A program made the translations under genes and the position numbers. Positions 23,801 through 61,782 of a stretch of DNA of 64,000 nucleotides are shown piece by piece; within the stretch, counting starts at the first letter, position 1, and each line of letters opens with the position of its first letter. The stretch is from Macrostomum lignano. Lineage: Eukaryota. The notes below the pieces were generated by a model. That model saw only the letters and a list, made by a program, of their open reading frames with translations. It was not told where the DNA came from and searched no databases. The stretch is from assembly GCA_002269645.1 (NCBI GenBank), contig NIVC01002119.1:107866-171865 (forward strand), in the 5' to 3' direction.

Positions 23801-24464
23801 GCCATTAGCAACTTTTGTAACTTTTTTCGAAACATTCTACGGTTGCTACTATGAGTAATCCTGTTGCCCCGCCAGACATCATCATTGACGCCAACAAGGC
23901 CATGGGATTCGCTCTGGACATTGCCAAAGGCATGGACTTTCTCACCAAACTGGAGCAGCTGCTGCATCACTTTCAGCTCAACTCAAAGCACGTGATGGTG
24001 AGCAGGAAAGTTGCTTTGATTATCAAGCCATGGTTGATAATGCCCGTGTTTGCACTTGATCACCCTTCCAGGTAGACGAGGACCTCACCGCCCGCATCAG
24101 CTTAGCGGACTGTCGCTTCGTGTACCACCAGCGGGCGCAGGAGTACCACCCCTACTGGATGTCGCCCGAGGCGCTGCAGAAGCCGCCGCAGGACATCAAC
24201 ACCACCGCCGCCTTCATGTGGAGCTTCGGCATCCTGCTGTGGGAGCTGGAGACCCGCGAGGTGCCCTTCGGCAGCCTCGGCCCCATGGAGGCCGGCTTGA
24301 AAATCGCCGTCGAGGGCCTCCGGATCTCCTGCACGGCGCCGGGCTTCTCCAAGCACACCAGCAAACTCATCCAGCTGGCCACCAACGAGGAGGCCGGCCG
24401 GCGGCCTCGGTTCGACATGGTGGTCCCGATTCTGCAGAAAATTCTGCGCAAGACTGAGGCCTGA
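20890..24464 (+). CDS. ILK: Integrin-linked kinase (ankyrin repeats + pseudokinase), 4 exons, ~458 aa
   Basis: [33 protein letters not shown] matches the ILK N-terminus; later [70 protein letters not shown]. Exons 20890-21360, 22112-22502, 23876-23997, 24072-24464; all GT-AG with compatible phases (0,1,0). Confidence 0.96.
21415..22050. repeat. 20-bp pyrimidine-rich minisatellite filling ILK intron 1
   Basis: CTCTCTCCCTGCCTTCCCC(A/G) units. Confidence 0.95.
22503..23790. repeat. 42-bp minisatellite (~30 copies) filling ILK intron 2
   Basis: GGGGTGGGGCTGGCTGCGGGGTCATGACCTGGCTAAGAATCA; starts exactly at the intron GT. Confidence 0.96.
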
Positions 24465-24528
24465 GTTGAAGGGTGAAGTTCCCTGTCTGAAGACCCCGTT
24501 TTATTGCCTGAAGTCATGCAACCAATGT

Positions 24529-25000
24529 CCTGAAGCCACTCAGCCCATGTCCTGAAGCCACCTAATTCAAAGCCTGAAGCCACCAGCCCATGTCCTGAAG
24601 CCAACTAATTCAAAGCCTGAAGCCACCAGCCCATGTCCTGAAGCCACTCAATTCAAAGCCTGAAGCCACCCAATTCAAAGCCTGAAGCCACCAGCCCATG
24701 TCCTGAAGCCACTCAATTCAAAGCCTGAAGCCACCCAATTCAAAGCCTGAAGCCACCAGCCCATGTCCTGAAGCCACCCAATTCAAAGTCTGAAGCCACA
24801 CAGCCCATGTCCTGAAGCCACCCAATCCATAGTCTGAAGCCACCAGCCCATGGCCTGAAGCCACCCAATCCATAGCCTGAAGCCACACAGCCCATGTCCT
24901 GAAGCCACCCAATCCATAGCCTGAAGCCACCAGCCCATGGCCTGAAGCCACCCAATCCATAGCCTGAAGCCACACAGCCCATGTCCTGAAGCCACCCAAG
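24529..25000. repeat. Composite CCTGAAGCCAC-core minisatellite in/after ILK 3' UTR
   Basis: CCTGAAGCCAC alternating with CAGCCCATGT, CCAATTCAAAG and CCAATCCATAG. Confidence 0.9.
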
Positions 25001-25863
25001 CACCCTGTTGCTAGCCGCCGCTTGCATGTCCTGAGTCGGAGTTGCGGTGTGTATGTATAATAGTCTCATATTATTACACATAGTAGTAACTGCCGTACCC
25101 GACCGCCTGTGCCGGATATTTCTGTTAAGCCTCTAGTTTATTTTAGCGAACTGTATTTTTGAGTCTGTCTGTCTGCATTAGCCACTTTTATCGCCTCTGG
25201 GTCCATTTATTGTTTGCTAAACCGGCTTTTTTTGTTATACGCAAGGTGCGCTCGCTCCTTGAGCTTATAGAAGTGTTTCAAAATTAACGATAATTTCTTA
25301 GTCACTTTTGAATTGAAGTTCTAATTGCCGCTTAAGCAGCATGCTTCTCTCTGTGCATTAATTACCTCACCGTCAGCTGAGGCGCATGCCGCACCGCTAA
25401 TTGTTTATAAGCTTATAAGCTACTTTTAGTAGTTTAAGCCGTGGCCCAATTTTAACAGTTTTTTACTGCTGCACTCGGCATTTTGGACCGGTTGGTGATG
25501 GACTGTTCGGGACCCGCTGATCCAAGCCGATGTTGTTGTTAGGCGCTTTTTATATTATTAAACTATATATAATTATGCTAACTCTGCTTTGATTTCTTAT
25601 TGCAGTGCGTATTTTATATTTTAATTCCGATAGGAAAATCTATGAAATATACGTTATTGATGCAGGATGCTTGCTAATATCGCTCTATGGAGAATAATTG
25701 ATTGATAATTGTGTCACTTTCTGCTTATACCGGCCTTGGCAACTAGCGAGCTGCTCGAAACCTCGTATGCATGTTGTCATTGGCAACGAGAAGCCGAATA
25801 GATAAGCGTCGTTGTCAACCATCAATTTACAACTCTGCATCGTTAAGAGCCGGTAATAGCCAA

Positions 25864-26755
25864 GCAGTTCTAAAGTATCTGGAACCGATTAATGAGCAGT
25901 TCTAAAGCATCTGGAACCGATTAATGAGCAGTTCTAAAGCATCTGGAACCGATTAATGAGCAGTTCTAAAGCATCTGGAATAGAATAATGAGCAGTTCTA
26001 AAGCACCTGGAATAGAATAATGAGCAGTTCTAAAGCATCTGGAACGGATTAATGAGCAGTTCTAAAGCACCTGGAACGGATTAATGAGCAGTTCTAAAGC
26101 ACCTGGAACGGATTAATGAGCAGTTCTAAAGCACCTGGAACGGATTAATGAGCAGTTCTAAAGCACCTGGAACGGATTAATGAGCAGTTCTAAAGCATCT
26201 GGAACCGATTAATGAGCAGTTCTAAAGCATCTGGAACCGATTAATGAGCAGTTCTAAAGCATCTGGAATAGAATAATGAGCAGTTCTAAAGCACCTGGAA
26301 TAGAATAATGAGCAGTTCTAAAGCATCTGGAACGGATTAATGAGCAGTTCTAAAGCACCTGGAACGGATTAATGAGCAGTTCTAAAGCACCTGGAACGGA
26401 TTAATGAGCAGTTCTAAAGCACCTGGAACGGATTAATGAGCAGTTCTAAAGCATCTGGAACCGATTAATGAGCAGTTCTAAAGCATCTGGAACCGATTAA
26501 TGAGCAGTTCTAAAGCATCTGGAATAGAATAATGAGCAGTTCTAAAGCACCTGGAATAGAATAATGAGCAGTTCTAAAGCATCTGGAACGGATTAATGAG
26601 CAGTTCTAAAGCACCTGGAACGGATTAATGAGCAGTTCTAAAGCACCTGGAACGGATTAATGAGCAGTTCTAAAGCACCTGGAACGGATTAATGAGCAGT
26701 TCTAAAGCACCTGGAACGGAATAATGAGCAGTTCTAAAGCATCTCGAACGGATTA
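25864..26755. repeat. 32-bp minisatellite, ~28 copies, with higher-order structure
   Basis: AATGAGCAGTTCTAAAGCA(T/C)CTGGAA(CCGATT/CGGATT/TAGAAT). Confidence 0.96.
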
Positions 26756-28263
26756 TTTGCAGTCTTCATCAATTGCGAATGTGAGATACAAAAGCAACGA
26801 GGATAATGCCTAAAGTCTCGAGTGAACCAGATGAGCCAAGTATTTGAAAGGCGAGAGAGCGGTGCATTACGTGATAGCCGCCTCCACAGCGTGAGATTCA
26901 CTTAATGGATTGAATTCTGTTTCAAGAAGGGCAATTTCACAATAGAGAAATGAAAGAGCATTTTAGCTGTGGAGCGGAGCTTACCATTTTTTACTGCCGG
27001 GATCTATAAAAAGCACGCCCAGTACTCCAGAGCTAGCGCTTTGAATCTGCTTAGAACGTGCCGAGTTGGCGAACCCAGCCGATCGAGCCTGCTAATACTT
27101 CACAGGATGCGTCTCAAAGGTTTAAGGAAGCGGAATTTATACAAAGGAAGGAATGAAATAGAAGTCTATAAAAGTCTGCAAAGGGATTAGGGATTAGCTG
27201 ATTTCACAAGATTTTTGCCAACCCGACCGCGAAGCAGAAACGAGACGGCACAAGGTGGGAAGCTATTTTTGCTGAGACAATTTTAACTTGAGGAATGGGA
27301 AGCAGAAGGAAGGAAAGACCCGTTGCGAGCGGAATTATAGAGGTGAAAAGGAACAGGCACTGGAGAGGCTGAATTGCTGCGAGCATATCTTACAACAATT
27401 GCATTAGTGGAATGCAAATTGCCGCCGGCACACGAGTTGACTTGCCGCTCTGCTATATCAGCAATACATGTACTATTATGTCTTGTGCAAATGAATAGAT
27501 GCTCCATCAAATATTCAAAATTATAGGTTCATTTTCGACCGTCTTCAGATTTTAGTATAGTACACTGTACCGAATGGTCTGGGCTCGGCCAGGTGATTGA
27601 ATACCTGAAATCCGCCTTGGCGCCTTACAAGCAGATGACCTGGGAGTTTGCCAACGTGCTCCACACGAGCTCCGTGCTGTCCTGGGCCAGATAAGCCACT
27701 GCGCCAGACAAGCCGCCAGTCACGAAGCTCTCCAGCTCGAATCCCCAATATCCACAGCCTCCTGTTTGCTCTTCGCGCACCTGTCCGCATTTTTTTGAGC
27801 AGCCAGTCGTCAGCCGAAGGTTAGGAAGTATCAAAACGACCGGATAGGAAGAGCAGAAAACATCCGCAGATACCCTTTAATAAAATCGTGAGCCCGTGAA
27901 TTTGAAACTCGAATAGCACGCAGCATCAGGTGCATTTGCTTGGTGCAGTCAGCTTAAAAAACAAATTGTTCAGAATTAACAAACAATACCGCCATAATAC
28001 AGAAATGAGCGAACCGAACCGTTTATAACTCGACGGATATAATAGAAACACGTGGAGAAACGGCTTTATGACTATGTACTCTGTACGATTATGTACGATT
28101 ATAAAGAGGGACAAGCAGACTTGGGTATCTCAGCGTCTACCCGTTAAAGTAGCTTTCAACTGAGCTATAGTCATTTTCAAAACTCAAAAACTTTCTCTGT
28201 CAATCGCTATGAATTCGTGTGGATAGCATTGCAATTATTTGTCCTTGGAACAGTGGGCGCGGG

Positions 28264-29271
28264 TCAAATCAGGCTGCACTGGTTCCGCCGCAGCACCGCC
28301 TGCACTCGAGCTGTCGCTGGCTTGTGCCCGGCCGCCTCCCGGAGCTGCTGCTGCTCCACCGCCTTGAGCAGGTCGCGGAAGGCGGCCTGCACCCGCCAGT
28401 TGTACTTGGCTGAGCACTCGGCGAACTGGCACTTCCACTGCTTGCGCACGGTGACTGCGGCCTCCTTGCCGGCTGCGCGGCCCACCACGAGGTCCAGCTT
28501 GTTGGCCACCACAAGCACCGGCGCCTCGGGCCGCTGCTCCCGGATGCCCTGCCGCAGGCGGCGAGCGTGCCGGAAGCTGGCTTCGTTGGTGACGTCATAG
28601 ACTAGTATGTAAGCGCTGGCGTTGCGAAGGCCGTAGCCGCGGCAGGTGGCGAATTCCTGCAGGGAGTCGGCGGGATAGCGGCCGAGCGGCGGGCAGTCGA
28701 TCAGGCGGGTCTCCAGCGAGCGCTCATTCAGCTGGATGGAGGGCCGGTGCACTGCGGGCAGCTGGGTGGGCTCGTACACCTCCGGACAGGCGCAGTTGAC
28801 GAACTGCTCAACCAGGCAAGTCTTGCCGACAGCCCTGGCGCCGAGGATGGCGATGCGCACCTGCTGCTGCGAGGCGGCGCTGGCGTTGGCTGCTGCCGCG
28901 CTGGCGGACAGGCTGCCGCCGCTGCCGCCGGCCCCCGCGGCGCAGCTGTTGCTCTGGCCGAAAATGCCGCTCCCGGTGTTGCCAGGGCCGCTGCCGCTTC
29001 TCAGCATGACGGGCTTTTCCACTGATGGACCTGCCTGCCTGCCTGTCACTTCATCTCTTCTCAAGTCTCTCCCTTCGCTCTCAATCTCTGCCAAATTTAG
29101 CCATCCACTCGCTTCCGCCTCTCCATCGTCCAGCCGCTCCGACCAATCAAAGCGGAGCTGGAAGTCGCTCGTGACGATTTGCCGGGCATCGAATGGGCGG
29201 CTCGAAGCTTTGCGGCGGAGCGGCAAATCAGAAGACCTACGTCGATCGGGACCTGAAAAATTTACTCCCAT
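28264..29271 (-). CDS. RASL10: Ras-like protein family member 10 (RASL10-like small GTPase)
   Basis: RIAILGARAVGKT P-loop, DCPP replacing DxxG, AYILVYD, VANKLD, RKQWKCQFAECSAKYNW, LRRNQCSLI CaaX; all recognisable RASL10A/B motifs. N-terminal ~130 aa and true start (29271 vs the later MLRSGSG ATG) are uncertain. Confidence 0.9.
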   Translation of the reverse strand: MGVNFSGPDRRRSSDLPLRRKASSRPFDARQIVTSDFQLRFDWSERLDDGEAEASGWLNLAEIESEGRDLRRDEVTGRQAGPSVEKPVMLRSGSGPGNTGSGIFGQSNSCAAGAGGSGGSLSASAAAANASAASQQQVRIAILGARAVGKTCLVEQFVNCACPEVYEPTQLPAVHRPSIQLNERSLETRLIDCPPLGRYPADSLQEFATCRGYGLRNASAYILVYDVTNEASFRHARRLRQGIREQRPEAPVLVVANKLDLVVGRAAGKEAAVTVRKQWKCQFAECSAKYNWRVQAAFRDLLKAVEQQQLREAAGHKPATARVQAVLRRNQCSLI

Positions 29272-29887
29272 ATTCTTCTTTCTGAAATTCTTAAGGTATC
29301 TTAAGGTTTAAGGTACCCATGGTGTTCAAAGTGCAAAATGCACTTTAAGCTCTTCTTGCATCTTAATGTTTAGTTCGGTTCATTTTCCCAAAAATTTTGG
29401 GCTAGCGACGCCTTAATGTAAAAGCGCTGTAGGCAAGAATAATCTCTGCGATAATCCCCTACAGCCTGCTCCCCCACAGAGTGCGAGCTTGAGTCGATCG
29501 CCTTCCCCCCCCAGGCTGGGGAAAATTCTTAGCTTCCTTTTCAGACAAGAATTTCTCGTCGTTTCAACTCCCCTCCTTGTTGCTGCATGCGCCCGCCTCG
29601 AGTCCTGAGCTCGCACCTGGCTGAAATGCTTCCCCGGTCTCAAAGGCCCATCGGTGAGGGCTCAGCCGTCCTCCCCTGTTCCTTCCTCTTCTCGCGGTGC
29701 AGCTGGGCTCTCGCATAGCCAAAGCGAGAGGCCTTCGGGCCTCTTCAAAGAGATTGATTGGGCCAGGATGGTTCGAGGTAAAAGTAGCGTTTTAAAAAAT
29801 CTTTTCTGCTTCAAACAGTGATTTATTTTGATGTGCGTGATTTTGCCAGCTGGGGTGGAAATTGGTTTGCTAGTGCAGAAGTGTGGC

Positions 29888-30192
29888 TGACTGAGGTTAG
29901 GGTGGGGTGGGGACTGGGGTGAGGGTGAGGTGGGTGACTCAAGTGGGGATGAGGTGGGTGACTGAAGTGGGGATGAGGTGGGTGACTGAAGTGGGGATGA
30001 GGTGGGTGACTGAAGTGGGGATGAGGTGGGTGACTAGGATGAGGGTGAAATGGGTGACTGAGGTGAGTGACTGAGGTGGGTGACTGAGGTGGGTGACTGA
30101 GGTGGGTGACTGAGGTGGGTGACTGAGGTGGCTGACTGAGGTGGGTGACTGAGGTGGGTGACTGAGGTGGGTGACTGAGGTGGGTGACTGAG
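29888..30192. repeat. 13/24-bp G-rich repeat
   Basis: GGTGGGTGACTGA units, some with AGTGGGGATGA. Confidence 0.9.
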
Positions 30193-30721
30193 TTGGAGAT
30201 AGGCAGAGAATCAGGTTGCAAGTTGCATGCTCAGGAAATGAGGCCAGTCAGGGGAGCACTATTTCTTTCTTTATCAGCAAAAGTTCGCCGTTTCCCTTCT
30301 CGCGAAAGAAAGCAGATCTTTTAGCCTGGCGCAGATTTCCGCGTGCCTGCCCACCCCCCTAACCCCCGACCCGAGCCGTGCCGAGTCGGCCGTGAAGCCG
30401 CACCGCCCCGCGGCACGCCAGCGGCTTCTTTGAGGCAGGCGGCAAGCAAAGTTTTTTGTTTTCGGGCTGCCTCGCGACACGAAAAGTCGGAGCTGTTTTG
30501 CACTTTGTCAAAGTTTTGGTCTATCATTCAATAGTAGAAAAAAATGGAAAATTGTCTGTGCATTCATTTTATTGCAATGATTGAAAATTAATAAAAGCAT
30601 AAAGCACAGGTCGGGTTGAGGCCTGCTTGGTAAGCAAACTATGAGAAAGTCTTTGTGCTGAGTGGTGAGTGTGAGTGAGTGCTTGCTGGGGCTTCGGCTG
30701 ACTGCCTGTCGGTACTCAACT

Positions 30722-30992
30722 CAGAATTCAGCACTAAACAATCAGTAATCAGCGCTCGGCACTCAGCATTCACGAATCAGCAATCAGCACTCAGAAATCA
30801 GCACTCAGAAATCAGCACTCAGAAATTAGCACTCAGCACTCAGCAATCAGCACTCAGAAATCAGCACTCAGAAATCAGCACTCAGCACTCAGCAATCAGC
30901 ACTCAGAAATCAGCACTCAGCACTCAGCAATCAGCACTCAGCACTCAGAAATCAGCACTCAGAAATCAGCACTCAGCAATCAGCACTCAGAA
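30722..30992. repeat. 7/14-bp CAGCACT(CAGAAAT) repeat
   Basis: Direct reading. Confidence 0.9.
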
Positions 30993-31055
30993 CTCAGATT
31001 TCTCCAGTCGGCAGTTTCTCAGTCCTCAGCACTGCGCGAGCTGCTGCACGGATCT

Positions 31056-31295
31056 TGATTGGCTGTTTGATTGGCTGTGTCTGATTGGCTGTTTTATTGG
31101 CTGTGTCTGATTGGTTGCGTCTGATTGGCTGTGTCTGATTGGCTGTTTGATTGGCTGTGTCTGATTGGTTGCGTCTGATTGGCTGTGATTGATTGGCTGT
31201 CTGATTGGCTGTTTGATTGGCTGTGATTGATTGGCTGACTGGATTGGCTGTCTGATTGGCTGTGATTGATTGGCTGTCTGATTGGCTGTCTGATG
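31056..31295. repeat. GATTGGCTGT microsatellite-like array (~18 CCAAT boxes)
   Basis: About 18 ATTGG cores at 11-14-bp spacing. Confidence 0.9.
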
Positions 31296-32141
31296 GTTTC
31301 CTCTGATCATCAGCAAAAATGTTTCCTTCTAATTAATGTAATTTTTTGTCTTTTTCATGTACTTGTCTTTGTCTTTTTTGACTGAGTCCATCACCAGAAA
31401 CTGCAACCTTTAGTGCCGGGCAGCAAAGTATTATTACAAAATTATTATGCAACTGTTATAAATTTGTTTTACAAATAGTATACAATTATTATTCAATTAG
31501 GTTACGAATTTACTAAGCTACTTACTATACATAATAAAGTTATTATACAATTCCAAACACTTACCGCAGACTGAAGTCAAAGAGAACTCAGAGAGAAATT
31601 TTCCTGACAATTCCGTGCTTTTGCTGCTGCGCCCTGAGCTGCCCGCCACCGCAGTTCAGACAGTTTTTAGCTCTATTCTGGCCGGGGTGAGTGGCGACAG
31701 CTGGCCAGCAGACCGCCGACCCCGCAACTTTCTGCTGGGGCTGAGCTGGAGGAGCGGCAGCTCTGGGCTGAGCGACCTTCTTGTTGCTGAGCGAGTGAGC
31801 AGCCAGTCCTGCGGAGAGTCTGCCTGCCCTGCAGCTCAAATGGGAAAGGCTGTGCAAAAAATCACTGCCATCGAGTTTCTCTGGCAGAATACTCTCGGAT
31901 TACAAATATGAAACTGTAAATAACTCTCTTGAACTACTGAAATGAGTAGCAAACTCAGAATATACGTGTTAAAATTTGTTACAAAATAATTAAATTTTTC
32001 ATTAAAATTTCAAACTTTTACTTTTCAAAAACTCGGAGAACTTCTTTGCATTTGAACTGTGGGAGTCGCAGCTCTCGACCTGCATTCCCATCTGTAGCTC
32101 AGAGCTGCTCAACCACAGCAGGGTGAACTGGAGCTCAACTT

Positions 32142-32820
32142 GAATTAGCTGCAGGGGGCATCGTCCGGCGGAAGCAGCGAGGAGGCCGAGGAGACCGCCC
32201 ATTCCGCTAGCCCCTGGCGACCAATGACTTCCGTTGAAGCGATGTCGCTCAGGGGGACCCGTCGGTCTTGCCTGCAGCGCGGTCCTCCTCACCGGCGGTG
32301 GGTAAGAAGTAAGCACGTCCCGTGTCCCTGAGGTACCGGGCGAGCAGCGGGATGCTCTCGGGCCTGCAAACGTCGGAGAGAACCGGGTTTGGCCCGAGGT
32401 GAGTGAGCCTGGCCCTGGTGAAGATCGGGCAGTGGCAGATAAAGTGCTCGGCGTTTTCACTGCCTGAGCGGCAGAAGGGGCACCGCTCCTCAGGTATTTG
32501 GCCCTGAAGGAAGCGGTGGCGAGAGAAGCAGCAATGCCCGGAGATGGCCATGCTGACTGCTCTGAGGTCTCTGCGGTTGAGCCTGAGGAGGGCTCTACGC
32601 AGGAGGGGGAGGGCCAGGTGACGGCATCACGGGATTGCCTGCAATTCCGGGTGTCGCGCCATCTGCGGAGATGCTCGGAATCAGCCCAGCGCTTAACACG
32701 GGAGTTGATCATCGAGGCGGGGATGGGGACCCCCGGGCCCGGCCCCAGCAGCGCGCCGGCTGGGCCAGCCTTAGCCAGCAAGTCAGCGCGCTCGTTGCCG
32801 AGGAAACCAGCGTGGCCCGG
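32142..32820 (-). mobile_element. 5'-truncated non-LTR retrotransposon (RNase H end + C-terminal CCHC finger; I-group/Lian-like)
   Basis: PGHAGFLGNERADLLAKAG (RNase H C-terminus), one frameshift near 32600, then ISGHCCFSRH...CPFCRSGSENAEHFICHC; stop at 32249; 12-bp TSD GGAGCTCAACTT at 32130-32141 and 32821-32832. Confidence 0.92.
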
Positions 32821-33261
32821 GGAGCTCAACTTAATGGGTCACTCGCTTACGTTGGCAGCCAATTCAGTAGTGCACTTACTAACAGCGGCCGTCTTTGCTT
32901 AACTTGCAGTAATGCTGGACTCGTGTGCACTGAGCCACCGAGCCAGTGGGCTGGTATGAATATTAACAGGCAGTCCTCGGCTTTCGCGTACCGCTGGCGT
33001 GGCCCCAGTCCGCCCAGCTGCCGCCGCATTCTCAAGCCATCATCGATCGGCTGTCGTCGTCTCGATGCGAATATCCGATTTCAAGCGCTCAGGTTGGCTC
33101 AGTTCGCTTTGCCCAACTCCAAACTCGCATCTGGCTGTGGGGGTGTGGCTCAAGCAGAGCTGATGTTGGCTGCAGATTCCATTGATCTGCTGCTTGCTGC
33201 TCTTGCGTGACTTTTTAAGGCTCTGTCTGCATGAGATGCGATCAGATTTAGCGTCTGTCCG

Positions 33262-33512
33262 GGTACCTGTGTCCCTGCTGTAATGTAGGCAGGGTACCTG
33301 TGTCCCTGCTGTAATGTAGGCAGGGTACCTGTGTCCCTGCTGTAATGTAGACAGGGTACCTGTGCCACTGCTGTAATGTTGTCCTGGGTACCTGTGCCAG
33401 TGCTGTAATGTAAACAGGGTAACTATGCCACTGCTGTAATGTAGTCTGGGTACCTGTGTCCCTGCTGCAATGTAGGCAGGGTACCTGTGCCACTGCTGTA
33501 ATGTAGGCAGGG
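33262..33512. repeat. 31-bp minisatellite x~8
   Basis: GGGTACCTGTGTCCCTGCTGTAATGTAGGCA. Confidence 0.9.
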
Positions 33513-33519
33513 TGCAGCT

Positions 33520-33690
33520 GTTCGGGTACCAAGTGCAGTGACATTAATTTGAGGCTAAATTGGAATCTCGGCCGGCCCCCAAGGCACAGTGAAGTGTACA
33601 TTCCTAACAATATATAAAGTTAGGGCCGTATGATAGCGTACGTGTGCCTGGGCCTGCTCAGGGGAGTCGCCCTGTAATAAAAATAAAAAT
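33520..33690 (+). mobile_element. Partial copy of the tRNA-derived SINE at 55722-56170
   Basis: Shares GTGCAGT(G/C)ACATTAATTTGAGGCT, TTGGAATCTC, CCCCAAGGCACA, GTGTACAT, AAAGTTAGGGCCG and GCCTGCTC(A/T)GGGGAGTCG in the same order; ends in an A-rich tail. Confidence 0.7.
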
Positions 33691-34018
33691 GAATTTCTGA
33701 ATTCAGATTGCTTCAACCAGGGCCCAGCCAACAAGAGACAAAATGCTTGTCTGTCAAGCTCCACTTTGACAGGCCTGCAGCCGCCTGATTGGACAGAGCA
33801 GCCGGTCAGCCAATCAGCTGCTCCGAAGACCGCTAGAACAGAGAACGCCGCCAGGAGACAAGCACGGAGAGAGACATTAACTGCGGCTACCGAATGCTCG
33901 GGAGAGCGAAGCCAAGAAGCCGGAGTGGCTGACCCAGCATGCCAGAGACTTAGCTTGACTGGCAAAATTCGCACAGGCAGCTCTGGCTGTGGACAGGCCT
34001 CACCGAGTGCAGGTCCGC

Positions 34019-60987
<26,969 letters not shown>

Positions 60988-61782
60988 CCTGCCTCGACCC
61001 CGGCGCCGTGGCGAGCGGGGCCGCAGCCTGTGGCTAAGCGGCCTCATCAGCACTGAGCACCAAGGCAGCTGCTGCCCCGCACTGACTCACCCAGCACCTC
61101 ACGGGAGCTTCTCAAGCGGAGGCCTTCACACCCGACGCACCTTCGTTGTCACCAATAACAACTGACTAACTCGCGCTGACAGCTAACTTTCCCGAAAGTC
61201 TTAAGCCACCCTGGATAAAAGCTTAGAGTCGGCTGGAAGAGAACTCAGAACCTGATTCCCAGTGCGTTCTTCCCGCAAATCCCGGACTAGCAGGTCCCCA
61301 GCCCATCTTTTCACCCCGGAGACCCCCGCATCTTTATCAACTCGCCATCCGGGACAGTCGAGAGACGGTCGAGTCTGGAGGGAGGCGCTCTGCAAGCCGT
61401 AAGTTTTGGAGAAGACCAGCAGTCACGTGACTGCTAAAGTCGCCTGATAGGGTTATAAAATAGAGGAGGAGGGTTTGATGCGATCGGTCTTAAACTGCAG
61501 GTGAACAGTCAATGAACATAATGGATTGCTAATCTAGTCATCGGAGGAACATAATGGATTTCTAATTTAGTCATTAAAGGAACAGAGTGGATCTCTAATC
61601 TGGTGCTAATTACTAATCCATCATGTCACGCCGCGAAGCACTGCAAAACTATTTTACCGCTCTAATTGTCGCAAAGCGAAAATACAAATCACTAACCAAA
61701 CCAAGCCAATGACTAACACACAAAAACATTGACCCAGCTAGCGCAAGTTGCCAAGTTCTGTGATGATGATTCGTGCTGCACT

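Noticed and set aside
25864-26755. CRISPR-like regular 32-bp repeats
   Set aside because: No unique spacers, no cas genes, eukaryotic context; likewise for all other arrays.
27545-27834. Two overlapping minus-strand ORFs downstream of RASL10
   Set aside because: No recognisable domain or splice pattern.
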